Assembly (NCBI GenBank): GCA_010093995.1 | Contig: ML992513.1 | Span: forward strand, 555,203 to 619,202 | DNA from: Elsinoe ampelina | Taxonomy: Eukaryota | DNA: 64,000 bases | Direction of reading: 5' to 3' | Shown: one piece after another, positions 38,601 through 51,729 of the stretch | How the letters are laid out: each line of letters opens with the position of its first letter | Position numbering within the stretch: position 1 is the first letter of the stretch | Notes under the pieces: generated by a model | The model's input: only the letters and a program-made list of their open reading frames with translations | What the model was told of the DNA's origin: nothing | The model's database searches: none | Position numbers and translations under genes: made by a program

Positions 38601-39213
38601 AGGTGACACGACCGGCCTTCGGAAGTGCTTGTTGCTGGCTTCTGGTAGTTCTTTGGGGCCATGGAGATCGTTATGAACGACCTTGATAGACACTGGCAGC
38701 CTTGACTTGACAGTACCTGGCTGTTGAACCACGCGAAGAACTACCAGAATCACGCTGACTCTATCTAATTTCCAGATTTAATTACTCCTCTGGTAGTTCT
38801 TTCTGGGAAAATTACTACCTGCGGATCCCTGAAATCGACTTCAGGTCGCCGTCGTCCAACCGTGAGTGAAGCTCCCAATCCCGTCACCCTGACTTCACTT
38901 TCCTTCCCTTTCAGGCAATTTTCACCTTCACTTGCACTTCCATTGCCGCCTACTGGCTTCTGTTTGTGGCCCGTGCACGCTGACATTTACACAGCTCACA
39001 TTGATCCCAACTCTCACCCTTCCCTCGCCTACTCATTCAAATATTGTCAAGTTTGTCAAAAAGACATTGAATACCTTGAAGCCATCATCGCCTACTACAG
39101 ACAGTGGTGGAATCCATCATTCCTTGATCCCATCTGGGAGAAGCTTAGAGCCATTCGCGACTCCATCTACTGGTGGCACGAAAATCATCACCGCCCATTC
39201 CACGCCAACAACA

Positions 39214-41061
39214 ATGTCAGGTCAAGACAGCAACAACACAATGGAGACCAACAACAACAGCAAGTGGTCAGAACCAACCAAGATCAACTACGACACCCTC
39301 CAGACCCACAACAATCACAATAGCGCAGTCGGTGAAATCGGCGAAGTCGACCCAGCCCTTGAGGAACAGCTGTACGGCAACCGTGTCAGCGGCGCAGGCG
39401 ACTCCCTAGCTGCGCTGGAGCTCAATGTCACTGTCGAGGGACCCGAGAGGGTCGGTCCCGTCCGTACTGTGAGTTTTCTCGTATATTCGAAATTTTACAC
39501 AGCTAACTCACAATCCAGTTCGCCGATGCAGACCTCCACCCAGTCGTCCTTGAGAACATTCAGAAGTGTGGTTACGATAGATGCACTGCCGTTCAGGCCT
39601 ACAGCATTCCCGCCGTTCTCAAAGGTCAAGATGTTGTCGCTGTTTCTCAGACTGGCTCCGGCAAGACCGCTGCTTATCTCGCTCCCATCATCTCAACTTT
39701 GATCGGAAAGCTCGACCAAATCAAAGGTCCTCGCGCCGACACACGCGCTGAGAATTACGATCCAGAAATCAACAAAGTCCGTGCAGAGCCACTCGTTCTC
39801 ATCGTCTGTCCAACTCGCGAGCTCGCTATCCAGATTCACGACGAGACCCGCCGTATCGCCTACCGTTCGCAGCTAAAGACCACATGCATCTATGGCGGCA
39901 CCCCGATCAAGAACAACCTACAGCAGCTCGGTAAAGGCTGTGATATCCTCATCGCATCTCCTGGTCGCCTCATGGACATGATGGAGCGCCAGAACGTCAT
40001 CTCTCTGCAACGCGTCCAATTCACGGTAATCGACGAGGCCGACGAAATGCTTCTCGACACCGACTTCAGTGACGCTCTTGAGAAGATTATGTCGGGATGC
40101 GGTAAGCACTGACGTTCCCTGTCGTCGATCATGACTAACACATCCAGATGCGAACGAAAATGCCGATCATCGTTACATGATGTTCAGTGCCACCTTCCCA
40201 AAGGAAGCTCGCTCCCTTGCCCGCCAGTATCTTCAGCATGACTACATTCGCATCCGCGTTGGTCGTGCCGGATCCGCTCACAAAAACGTCGACCAGGAAA
40301 TCATGTGGATCGACCGTGATGCAAAGGCTGAAGCCATGACCGACCTGCTCTTCTCCATGGAGCCTGGTCTCACCATCGTGTTCTGCAACACCAACGCCGG
40401 GGTTGAGCGTCTTGACGACGTTATCTACAACAAACAGCTTCCTACTGTCTTCTTGCACGGTGGCCGCGACCAGATGTCTCGCGAGGACGCCATGTAAGTT
40501 ACTCTCTCATGTACATCTTCACATATCTAACATATTCTCAGCCGTACCTTCCACCTCGGAAAGACTCCTATTCTCATTACCAGCTCGGTAGTCGCGCGCG
40601 GCATCGACTTCAAGAACGTCAAGACGGTGATCAACTACGACATGCCCTCTCCAACCTACGGCGGCATTGCTGAGTACGTTCACCGCATTGGCCGTACTGG
40701 TCGTATGGGTCACCGTGGCAAAGCCATTTCTTTCTACAACGACAATGATGAGGGGATCGCCCAGGATCTCGTCAACATCCTTCTTGAGTGCGACCAAGAA
40801 GTTCCCGACTTCCTTGCCGGGTTCAAGCCCGATGATGGTCAGGTGGCTTTCCAGGATGACACTGACGATGAAGGGGACAATGAGGGAGGTGCTGCTGCTG
40901 CTGGTACCGACGGTGCCGCCTGGGGCGGTGATACGACTGCTGGTGCGACCGGAGGTGACACCAACAACTGGGGTGGAGACACTTCTGCTGAGCCAGCTGC
41001 TGAGATGGACTGGGGATCGAACGCCAACAAGTCTGCATCCGAGCCGGTCGCTGCTTGGTAG
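39214..41061 (+). CDS. DEAD-box RNA helicase, Ded1/Dbp1/Vasa subfamily paralog
   Basis: Q motif (F...LHP..LENI..CGY..CTAVQ), QTGSGKT, PTRELAIQI, DEADEM, SATFP, YVHRIGRTGRMG; acidic Gly-rich tail ending in W; three introns. Confidence 0.93.
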
Positions 41062-41745
41062 ACACAACATCAGCACCCACAACAACTCCCACGTCGCCCA
41101 TATCGCTGATCAAAGGTCGCCCACAACTTCTGGTACTGGTCAGCTCAGGATGGCGTCGTCGGGTCACCTTTCTGCTTTTTTGAGTTTTTGAGCTTTTGAG
41201 TTTTTGATTTAACAAAGTCGGCTGCCTGGCAGTGCTGGACTTTTTGGCGTGTATTATGATACCCAGATAGCGGACTCAGAGTCTAGCTCGCGAAATGCAA
41301 ATGCTAAAGCTTCAATTGTGTCTTCGATTGTGTGTGATCAGTCTGGGTGGTCGCTTCGTGACTTGTGGATGTCCCAATCATGTTTGTGCTCTGTTCCTCT
41401 CTTGTATGTTTGCTGGCAGCAGTTTCTCACGACCGCAAATAGGTACAGACAATCAGACCCAAACCGTCTAGTGAAGTCCATGCATGCTTGGTGGGCACAA
41501 TCGCTCTTCTATCTTACCATGAGGATATATCTGTGTGGCACGGCGAACCGATGATGAAGGTGGAACAAGAATGGTAGTAGTACATCAATTCATCATCACT
41601 CATTACCTCCGATCGCTATGCATATCTATCGTACAAGCATGTACTCCTTCTCTTGTTCCATCCTTTGCCTCTCCTATCTCTCTTTCCCTCTCTCTAGTCC
41701 TCTATTATCCCCTTTCTGATCTACCACCTCAGTGACACCACCAGC

Positions 41746-44700
41746 TCAAACCTTCTCCCCCATCCCCTCCCTCTTCCCTACCCTATCCCCCTTCCCCTCA
41801 TGATCAACCACCCTCTCCGCCCGATCAATACCAACATACTCCCTCCCGTCCCTCCCCCTATAACACCCCAGCTTGAACCTCCCCTCTCCTCCCGAAGCCC
41901 CTACCATAGTCCCGGCCTGCTTCTCCCCGCTCACCGCACCAGCCGATCCACCTTCCCCAACCGCTCTCGCCTCCCCGAATCCACGTATACTATCCGCCAA
42001 CGAAACCTTGCTTGCCCCTGCCCCTTTGGCGCTTCTCTGCTCCGGAGCAACAGCCAGACGATTGTCCGAGGCATCCACCTCTCGCATGGCGGAGATACGC
42101 TCGTATCCTTGCCCAGCGAGGAGGCGGGTGACGAGTTGCGTCCTGCTTGCCGGAGCACGGAATGCGGCGTCGGTGAGGAGGCGTGATTGGTGAACGAGAG
42201 CGATGATGTCGACAAGGGTGGTGAAGCGATTGACCTTTCCGTTCGGACGGGACGAGACAGGAGCCGGGACGGCGTAGCGTGCGGCTTGTTTGCGAGTCAA
42301 GGGAAGGGCGAGTGGAGAGAGGCAAGCGAGGACGAAAAAGGCGGTGAGGGCGTAGAAGGCGGGCATGTCCCCGTAGATTAGGGTTGATTGGTCTGAGACG
42401 AAGAATTGGGCCCAGAAGACGCCCCCTGCGAGGGCAGGGAGGGCGAGGGAAGTGAGGGTGATGAGGGAGAGGAGGGCAACGCGGAAGTCGCCATTGATGA
42501 GGGCGCGGAGTGTGACGAGAAAGGGTGGGTCGGAGGTGTAGCTGAGGAGGAGACTGTGCTCTGCGATGGAGCCGTTGGGGTTGGACAGGTTGGCGATGGG
42601 CTGGAGGCGGCGGATGGTGAGGTCTTGGTGTTGGACGAGAAGGAATAGTAAAAGTCCAATTAGAGAGGGGATGAATGAGTAGAGGAAGTTGGCAGCGGAG
42701 AAGCCGGCGTTGTTGACCGGGATGGGTAAGGCTGGTGCGAAACCTGACTGTATGGCTGTGGCTGGCAGATAGGAGACCACCAGAAAAGCCACAAGCAGGA
42801 TGATCAAAGTAGCAGCCAGACCAAGCACGACGATGGGTCGGAGGATTGTTGGCAAGTGACTGCCTGAAGCTGAACCTGCTCGTGGGATAAGGGACTTGGC
42901 AGTCTGGGCCGAGAATCTTTGACAGTCCAGATCAGTCTGATTTGATAAGCGATGACTTGGTTGTTCTACAAGCTGGCCATCCTGAACGGCATATTGCCTG
43001 GTAGGCTGACCAGGTGCACCGAGCGTGTGTATGGCAGCATTGGGTCGAGTATTTGTTCTCCAGTAGCCAAGTCGATCCCCTCGGGCTGCAACATCTTCAC
43101 GAAAGTCGTAGTCGGAGTTTGATGAGAAGTACGATGCATAGGCATCAAGGACATTTGACTTCTCCAGTACAACCAACAAGTCAGCGAGAGTGGTTGGATC
43201 CCATTTCAGTCCAGTCGACCGCCGCCAGAGGAAGAGAAGGATCCAGATTGTACTGATCAGCAGAAATATGTACAAGGCAATGACAACCCAGATAACGCCT
43301 TGGGTTGCCAGCCAGGAAAAGACATCGTTTACTTGGTAAACATTGAAAGCCGTGGCCAGGAGAGGTATTGTGAACAGAGATAGCCATGAAGCGAGATGAA
43401 AAGTACCGATCGATGGTAAACCGGCGGAAAAGTGTACCAGATTGGGGAAAGCGAACGTCGAGGGATACAGTGGTAGTAGTGTAGCGTGGCTCCTCATCCT
43501 CTCTGAGCTCGAGGAGAGCGCGATGAAAGGTGCGATGCGACTGAGCGCCGTCTGGATTTCGAAGAGCCATAGCAAGATGAGAACAGCGAGGATGGTGGGC
43601 AGGTATTGGAAGATGAAATACCTGGCGTCTCCAAAGCTGGTGTATTCCCATAATCTTTCGTTGATGACCGACCACACGGCTGCGAAGATGAGGGCTGCAA
43701 GGAAGAGCGACAGGACCAGAATGAATGTTATCAAGGCGATGGGTCGGAGGATGGTGGGTAATGCGTCGAGGCTCATATACGGCACGCCGGATGGGCCTTC
43801 AAAGTTGAGGAAGACTTCGGGGGTGGAAGGTCCTATTAATGGTCAATTCAGAAAGTCCAGGTAAGATTTGGAACGACTACGGGTCTGCCTACTTTGTGAA
43901 GATTGCCCCTGATGGCTATTGTTTCGTGCTGGATTCCTGGGTGGTACCTCCTGCTGCTCCTGCTGCCGATCGAGCATGTCATCTGGTTGTAGAGGTGAGA
44001 CTGCCCCTGACCTGCCTCCTCTTGGTGATGCTGCACCATACGTATAATCGATTGGCGAGACTGCTCCCATCCTGCTCCCCGGCCTGTTATCGAAGTCCGG
44101 CGACATGGATACGTATGACGGTCGTGCGGTGTTTTGCGAGTCAGGTCGGTAAGCTGCAGGGACACCTGGTTGTTGGCCGCGATACATGCGACTGCCTCGG
44201 ACTTCCTCATCTCTTGTGAGCTGGTCCAATGCGAAGTGAATGTAAGGGGTATCATCGATGCCAGGGGTAGGTGGGTCGTCTTTCGCGGCCGAACTCATCG
44301 CCAAATTTGGTATCGGTCCACGTATAGTCTCCGGCGAGTTCCCCTCGTAGACTGTGCTTGGAACTGGTTTTCTTCCGATTGCTCCTTGCCTCGGATTCGA
44401 TTGAAGGGGGCTCGGGTATGATGCGCGGTCCGCATCAGACTGCCGTCTCCGACCTGCACCTCTCATAGGGACGCGAGTCTGATCCAGTTCTTGTGCACCC
44501 TGAGGTAGTCTCTCTCCGCTTGCCATCGGTGTTCGATATCGTGAGGGAGGGGTCTGGTATCTTCTGATGGGTGGTGGTAGGGCGGTCTGTGACTCGTCTG
44601 AATATGCGGAGGATGATGTGAGGGAGTAGTAGTCTTCGCTCGCGGTCACTGATTGGGTGTCACTGGCGTGCTGAAGTTGTGGCTGTGAGACTATGAGTTT

Positions 44701-44785
44701 GGTCAGTAAAAGATGCTCTCATGTTAAGCAAGTGCGACTTACCATTTGTTTGACCGAGGAAAGGAACGGGCGAAGGAGGTGGCAT
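41746..44785 (-). CDS. Multi-pass membrane protein, DUF3433-type
   Basis: Exon 1 44785-44743. PPTPGIDDTPYIHFALDQLTRDEE, YFIFQYLPT, TGLKWDP, FLYSFIPS, RRLQP..L; many transmembrane segments. Confidence 0.75.
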
Positions 44786-45523
44786 GCCTGCCTGTCAAGG
44801 TCCTTTTTGACAGGAATTATCTACACGATAGATCCAGCAATGGTCCAAAGTATGAGGCACTCTCGAGGATAACAGTCGTGATGGATGTCGATCTTCGATA
44901 TCTGAGATTGACGTGATGTAGTTGCGGGATTAGATATTATTGTCGCAAAGATCGGCTCGAAAAGAATGCAAAGCAAATGCTATACGCTGAGAGATAGACG
45001 AGTGAATGATGCATATTCCAGGAATGGCCGTTGGGGATAGTCGTTATTTTCTTAAACGACCGGCGGTGGCTATCACATGTGAAGGCGGGGTGGTTGGTAG
45101 CGTCTTGCGCCCAGCCATTTTTGCACTTGGAGATCTGCAAATCAGCCAATTGCAGGTCTGCATATCTGATACCAATACTTCCATCACACTTCTTGATATT
45201 TTGATTCGGCAATCGATGGACTGTCAGAAATATAGTACCATCAATTGTTCTTGAGGGATCCGAACATGTGAAGGTGTCAAAGACAATCCTGAATGTCAAC
45301 AAAGGCCCGAACCTTAACGGCAAAACCAACAGAGCACGGGCCACCACGACACCAAAAAATCACGAAATCGCGGGGATCCCCACAAATCTCGGACGAGACG
45401 TCATGGCGACAACGCCCATTTCGTGTGGAGTTTGCCCGCATCGAGATACATACTACCAGCTCGGATTCGCCATGTCTACCTATGAGTATGCTGACGCGCA
45501 GTCTTCAGATACTCCGTGAGACA

Positions 45524-46570
45524 ATGAAAGTCGATTCGGCAATCATCACGCTCCTCAAACTCGATCCTGAACGGACGGCTGTCTCCAATCATGGCGGCGG
45601 AGGCATGTCCTCGGCTTCCACCTCCAAGATTGAAACAACTCTCCCGAATGGAACTACGAGATTCTATTTCATGAAGACTGGTAGCAATAAGGAAGCCAAA
45701 GTCATGTTTCAAGGTCATTGTTCAGGTCATCACTTCATGCCCTCATGCTAACCTCGAACAGGAGAACATGCCTCCCTAAACGCAATCTCCTCGGCTGTTC
45801 CGACCCTCTGCCCTCGGTCTCATGGTCACGGAGTCTTTGCATCTTCATCCAATAAGCATTTTCTGGTGACCGACTTCATGGATTTGTCCTCCCGTCGTAC
45901 TGGTAGTTCAAGCGACGGAGGCATGTCACTCGCTCAGAAGCTAGCCCAGCTGCACACCATCCCAGCTCCGATACCAGAAGGCTATGATAGACCGCAATTT
46001 GGCTTTCCGGCGACCACCTGCTGTGGAGATACTCCTCAGGACAATTCATACCAGTCCTCGTGGGCCACGTTCTATTCGGAGAATCGTCTGCGCTTCATCC
46101 TCGACCGTGCCAACAAGTCAAATGGCCAGGACAAAGAGCTCTCTTCGCTCGTACATCGGACTTGTGACGAAGTGGTGCCTCGCCTGATTGGTGACGACCA
46201 CCTCAACAATGGCAAAGGTGTCACACCTGTCGTGGTCCATGGCGATCTATGGTCGGGTAACGCAGGCCGAGGTCACCTTCCCTCGATGGCAGGGGATAGT
46301 GTCGAAGATGTTGTCTACGACTCTAGTGCTTGCTATGCTCATAGTGAATTCGAGTTGGGCATCATGAAGATGTTTGGCGGCTTCGGCGGAGACTTTCTCA
46401 AGGATTACCATGAAATGTGCCCCAAGACCGACCCAGTGGAGGAATATGACGATAGGATTGCTCTGTATGAGCTATACCATCATCTCAACCACTATGCGCT
46501 ATTTGGTGGAGGCTATAAGAATGGTGCAAGAAACATCATGGAAGCACTATTGAGGAAATATGGGTTCTGA
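45524..46570 (+). CDS. Fructosamine/ribulosamine-3-kinase family protein
   Basis: YFMKTG, MFQ / intron / GEHASLNAI, LAQLH, FGFPATTCCG.TPQDN, VHGDLWSGN, EFELGIMKMFGGF, LYELYHHLNH. Confidence 0.92.
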
Positions 46571-46825
46571 GAGACGGGAGCAAGGTATCCGCTTAAGGCA
46601 TTCATGAAGGTGCAGGTATTGTAGCTCGGATGAACGGACGTTACAAGTGGGTCTTGGTAGGTCTCCATGCAATCTGTTTCACCTAGCCGATCTGTGCACA
46701 TGCTCGTGGCTCGCTTACTCATCCACTTCGCTTCAGACTGACCGCACTTGAGACGAAAGGCTCTATTGGGAATCTTCGGTGCATTCCAACCACACTCCAC
46801 CGATCATCTCGCTCAGGCCATCTAA

Positions 46826-47460
46826 ATGGCTGTCTTCAGCAAAGTCCGATTTTGCGATTTGCCACCAGAGATACGACACTTGATTTACGCCCTGTTGACG
46901 GAAGATGAGCCAGCAATTTCGTTATACTTCACGGACTGGAATATTCCCGGTGCTATACAAGATCGCGGGAGAAGATCAACCCAGGCCCCGTCGGATCTTT
47001 AGTCTGACGCGCACGCCTAGACTGGTGTACGCCGAGACAATCAATATCCTCTGCGCGAAGGTCCGTCTGTGTCTCTCAATCAGAGGCCAAGGCCATCTCA
47101 TCTCGAAGGATCGACCCAGATTGCCATCCATCCCCGCATCGATCCCTGCCGTTCTCTCGCCGTCAATCTCTACATGTCTCCCCGAATGCCTCGAATCTTC
47201 CAGAATTTGCTGGTGGTATTCGATTAGGTCCAGTTCTTAATGATGTGGCGATCATCTTCAACTGGGTTGGGGAAAAATTCATCTATGCAGCGAGAAAGGC
47301 TCGTCGCCACCAAGGAGGCACCTTGCAACAAGAGCTGGCTCTACACCTGCAAGCCATGATCGAATTCTGGCCGTCCATCCGGATATAGAATCGTATCGGC
47401 CTCGAATTCCCATGGAATGTACCATTAGCAAAGTGTTAGAAGGAGACACGACGTAAAGCA
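46826..47460 (+). pseudogene. Disrupted F-box-like paralog
   Basis: FCDLPPEIRHLIY in one frame (stop at 47000), LTRTPRLVYAET in a second, LVVFD* (TAG 47225) in another where the neighbour has FDW. 3' end approximate. Confidence 0.65.
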
Positions 47461-48021
47461 GAGCCCATAGACCTTTCTCTACTGCCACTGACATGCTGGG
47501 TGCCGAAGAACAAAGGTTCAAGAATTTGGGACAGACGGTGGCTAGTGCTCTTCCTTGACTACCAGCCATGGTGGTACGTCGCACATGGCCTTCACAGTCG
47601 AGGAAGCGGGTCGTGATTGATGTTGTGTGTCGAAGATGGCTCCAATCGATGCGATGGATGATGGTAGATGGCTGCAGCCGAGCATGTATCTCAGTACGTG
47701 GACAACGACGATAGAGCTCTGTTCAGCTGATGACCGGGTATGTAGAATTGCTTCTGGCATCACATGCACACCTCCTGCGGCATACAAAACACTCCTTTTC
47801 CATCTTGATTTGCATTCTTCATCAGTCGTGGTGAATCACGCGATCATTTCCTATACTTCAATCACAGCATAGCTCTAGACTCTCAAAACCAGAGTTCCTC
47901 CATCCACCAGAGCGAGACGAATAAGCGCTACAAGTCCGACTCTGGAGACAAAGAGCTTCTGACGCCGATAAGCACCAGAGTCACAAAGGATCGCCAGCCC
48001 ATCACCAGATCAACAAAGATC

Positions 48022-48790
48022 ATGGACCTCGTCATCTTCGGCATCTCTTTTCCCTTCTTGGAGCTGCCCGCCGAGATTCGCCTCCAGACTTACGACTATG
48101 TCGTCGGCGAAAGGTACACTCCCGAGGTCAGCCTCCATCCCGACGCCAACAAAGAATGCTCCAAGCAGACCTGGATCTTGACTCGACCCCGACGCGAACC
48201 TCCGACCATCCTAAACCTAGCTGTCACTTGCCGTACGACCTACCAGGAAGCGCTGCCGTTCGTCTATCACGCCATACGTCTCAAGATCGATCTCCCCCTT
48301 CGTGACGGAAATGCGTAGCCTTCCCACCCGTCTCAACACTGGTATCCAATTGAACCTCATCACTGCTCTGGACTTTTTTCTACCCGTCGAACCTGACGCG
48401 TACAAGTCTCTGACCATGCTCATGGAACCTTTCGACTGGGGCTCCAAGCTGGTAGTTGGCTCTTCCATGTACATCCATCCAAACGGTGCATCTGGCTTTT
48501 ACAGCGACAAAATCAAGGCGGCAAAGACAGTGGCTGAACGCAGAAGACTCGAAACGGAGCGCGACACCATCATCTTGAAATCCGTAGACCAGCACCTGAG
48601 TCCGACTTGGCGCAAGACACCCATGTATGGGACCATGGAGTGGATCAACCTTGGTCCACACTCCCCTTACTATGACAGGGAATTTGCCAGACTGATGAGT
48701 GTATGTTAAAAGTAAATGTTGTGAAGAGAACGAGCTAATAATTTATCTCAGACATGAGCTATGGCGAGATGTGGCCTAGCTGGTAGCTGA
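48022..48790 (+). pseudogene. F-box-like paralog with an apparent frameshift near 48300
   Basis: FPFLELPAEIRLQTY...LAVTCRTTYQEALPFVY stops at 48318; the continuation (PFDWGSKL) is in an overlapping frame with no room for an intron. May be a sequencing indel. Confidence 0.6.
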
Positions 48791-49282
48791 GAGTCAGGGG
48801 TTACGTGGATATCGAGGCGTCCTCAGCGGTGGTAGGGTTTGCTCGTTGAGACATGCGAAAGATCCAGTCGACCCTCCACTCACTCAATGCTATTCCGGGG
48901 AGTTTCGTTGCAGGAAACCATATATTACACCCGTACGCGGTCCGCGCACCTACTTCTTTCACCCTGTGGACCAGGAGGGCTTCCAGATTTCCTTTATACG
49001 GCATTCCACGTCCGGAAATCTCAGAGGCAGACATGATCAGCTTTACCTAACAGAGGGATGATAAATCTATTTGCAATGTAAAATCTATGAGTTCGAGTTG
49101 GAGCGATTGCCGTGATTTGCCAAAAGACGTCGTGAAGTGAGTATCTCAAAGTGAGATCAAGGTCACGTGCTTCCCCAGACATACCTCAGGCACTGTACTT
49201 TCCTTTTCCACTTCACTGCCCACTATTCTCGAAAGCAAATTTATCCTGCCCACTTCTTCTCTCTTCTTCCTCCTTCCTCATC

Positions 49283-50182
49283 ATGCGCACCCGCAGCGGA
49301 CTCGAGTACATTCAACAAGACGATTCAACGACATCCTGTGTGTCTCGCTCCTTGAACATGGACGGACCCTTCCGCTTCTTGGACCTACCGTCAGAGTTGC
49401 GCTTATTGACCTACCAGACAACACTTGGAGAGAAGAGAAAGTGGGATGTCTTCTGGCACGATGTTGACGCCGGGTCAGTCAAGGACCGCTTAACCCAGCA
49501 AGATGCTGAGCACACCGAAGAAACGCCGCGTCTATCAGAAGGATGGACGATAACCAAAAACCGCAATCCGGACGATCTGGATCTCCTACAATTGGCGAAA
49601 TGCTGCCGTACCACCTACCACGAAAGCATCGAGTTGGCCTACGAAGCATACTGCTTCGTCATCGACGTTTTCGACCCGGAGAAGTTCACTACCGTGATTG
49701 CACAAAACCTGGCAGCAACCGCCCAGCTCAGACTTGTCCACTGTATCTCTATCGCGCTACCTATCGGTGATGAGAGCGCGACGCTACTCGAGAGGGTCTT
49801 CAACATGTTCGACGGAGGGAGTAAGATTATCGACATGCAATTGACGTGGACCTATGGGGTGAACACAATGGACATGTTGAGGCTTGGAATAAGTAACACG
49901 TTGGAACTGTTGGTAGGGGACACGAGACCGAAACTGGGCTGTGAGGGATATGATGAGAAGATCCAAGTGTGGGACATGAAGAGGGAGAGCACAGTGAAGA
50001 GGATGAAGGAGGCGTGGTCAGAGCTGAAGGTCCCGAGAGAGATTTGGGTGGAGATGAGAGAGGGAGACAAGTTCATGGAGATCTTCAAAGGTATTTCATG
50101 CCTGTCTTCATCTATTACAAGCTGACTGGACTTGACAGATGCTGAGCAGGATCGAGTCACAAGATTGAAATTGCCTGCTTGA
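49283..50182 (+). CDS. F-box-like protein
   Basis: FRFLDLPSELRLLTY...LAKCCRTTYHESIELAY, FDGGSKI; 3' intron 50091-50138. Confidence 0.72.
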
Positions 50183-51729
50183 GGGATGTTGGTCACGGTT
50201 CGGGACTGGGGAGCGGGCATGATGATAGCAGCGTAGCAAAATGAGTACTGTTGAGCAGACTGAAGAATACCCCGTCATTGTTGCAGATTGCATCCCGTCC
50301 TGTCTGGTCACGTGACCGTGTCTGGACCGAGGTGCCACCGCACTTTTCTGTTGACGTCAGTCACATTCACATATCAGCTCTCAGCCTTTCACTCCACATC
50401 TCTTTCATCTGACCGTCTCTGCGTCCTACCACCACATATTCAAAAGGATCCTTTATTCGGCTCAGCAAGCCATCTCCATCACCATCCTCCTCATCCAACC
50501 AGGCAACCCGATGCTCAAACCCCGTCTCGCGGCCCTCATCTCCCTCGGGTCCGTCTGCGTCTGCGTCATGGCCTCCGCCCTGCCGCGCCCGCGCCGCGTA
50601 CGTCTACGAGACCGACAGCGCGCGGCCCGCCCGCGATCTCTGGGCCGCGGTGGACGTGTTGGTCGCTGACGGTGGTGGCGAATGCGCCATTCGTGTATGG
50701 CGCGGTGGGCAGGAGGAGGGCGAGTTGGGGTGGTTATGAGTGTGATGCGGGGACGGGGCGGTCGAGGGTCAAGGGGGGATGGTCAGGGAGGTAGATGGGT
50801 TGGGGGGGGACAGAAGGAGATGACTACGTTGGTGGTCAGTGGGGATGTGGAGGGGAGGGGGGAGGTGGATGAGATTGAGTTGTTGAGGGCGTGAGATGAC
50901 CAGCTGGAGGGGTTACAGTACGAGGAGTTACAGTACAAGCAGAACCACAGGCTTGGTTCGGGAAGGCTCCTGCTGGAGGTGAATCTGTGAGCGAGAGGGG
51001 GTAGAGACACCAACCGGGCACTCAACTCCACCTGAGAGGTTGGCTCGGTGCACCACAAGGGCATCCGTCCGGTTTTCCCTACACTGTCGCGGACCAGCCA
51101 CGATGGGCGCACGAGGCTTGCCGACCAGCAGGTAGCTCCAGAGCGATATACAGGCTCACAGCTCACTCTTGGCTGGGCACGGCCTGGGCGGCCTGGCCAC
51201 CAAGTTCCATGCGTTGCAGGATGCTACAAGACGGGGTGGGAAGACCGTACGAATCGTGTTGAACGAGGGAGTCCGAGGGGCTGCTTGGCCTTGATTCACG
51301 AGAGAACAGCGGAGATGGAAAAGGACACTGTACGATAAATGTGAGTAGACCAGGTTCACGGCACTGGCAGCCGGTTTTCATTTGTAGACGATTTTGTTCT
51401 GTAAATACTCCTTTGCCACTAGGGCATGTACGAATAGATTGCGGAGATGGTCGTAAATCGTTTCGGTGCCTCTTCTTCGGACCTCGTTCTGTGCTGATAC
51501 CAGCCGGGTGGGTATCCATCCTGTGTCGATCGTGTACCATCCTGCGCCATCTTATACCGTCCTGTGCTATACTGTGCGATCAGGAAGTATTTTCCAGTAT
51601 GCCACTGTTCGGCTACCCGAGTACCTCGCTGATTTCACTCCCCGCATGACGTTCTGCGAGTCCTCTCCCAGTCCTCTTCTCGCGAATCCATCTCCATTTC
51701 CCCATCAGCCCTATACCTGGATACAGAGA

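Noticed and set aside
31100..39200. Transposon or Starship element in the gene desert
   Set aside because: No transposase, reverse transcriptase or tyrosine recombinase motifs, and no terminal repeats or target duplications that I could identify.
47225..47227. A-to-I-correctable premature TAG in the F-box-like pseudogene
   Set aside because: The locus also has frameshifts, so editing alone could not restore it; simple decay is more likely.
50511..50894. Possible small secreted protein (MLKPRLAALISLGSVCVCVMASALP...)
   Set aside because: The signal-like start is followed by an early stop and frame changes inside a skew zone; no family motif.
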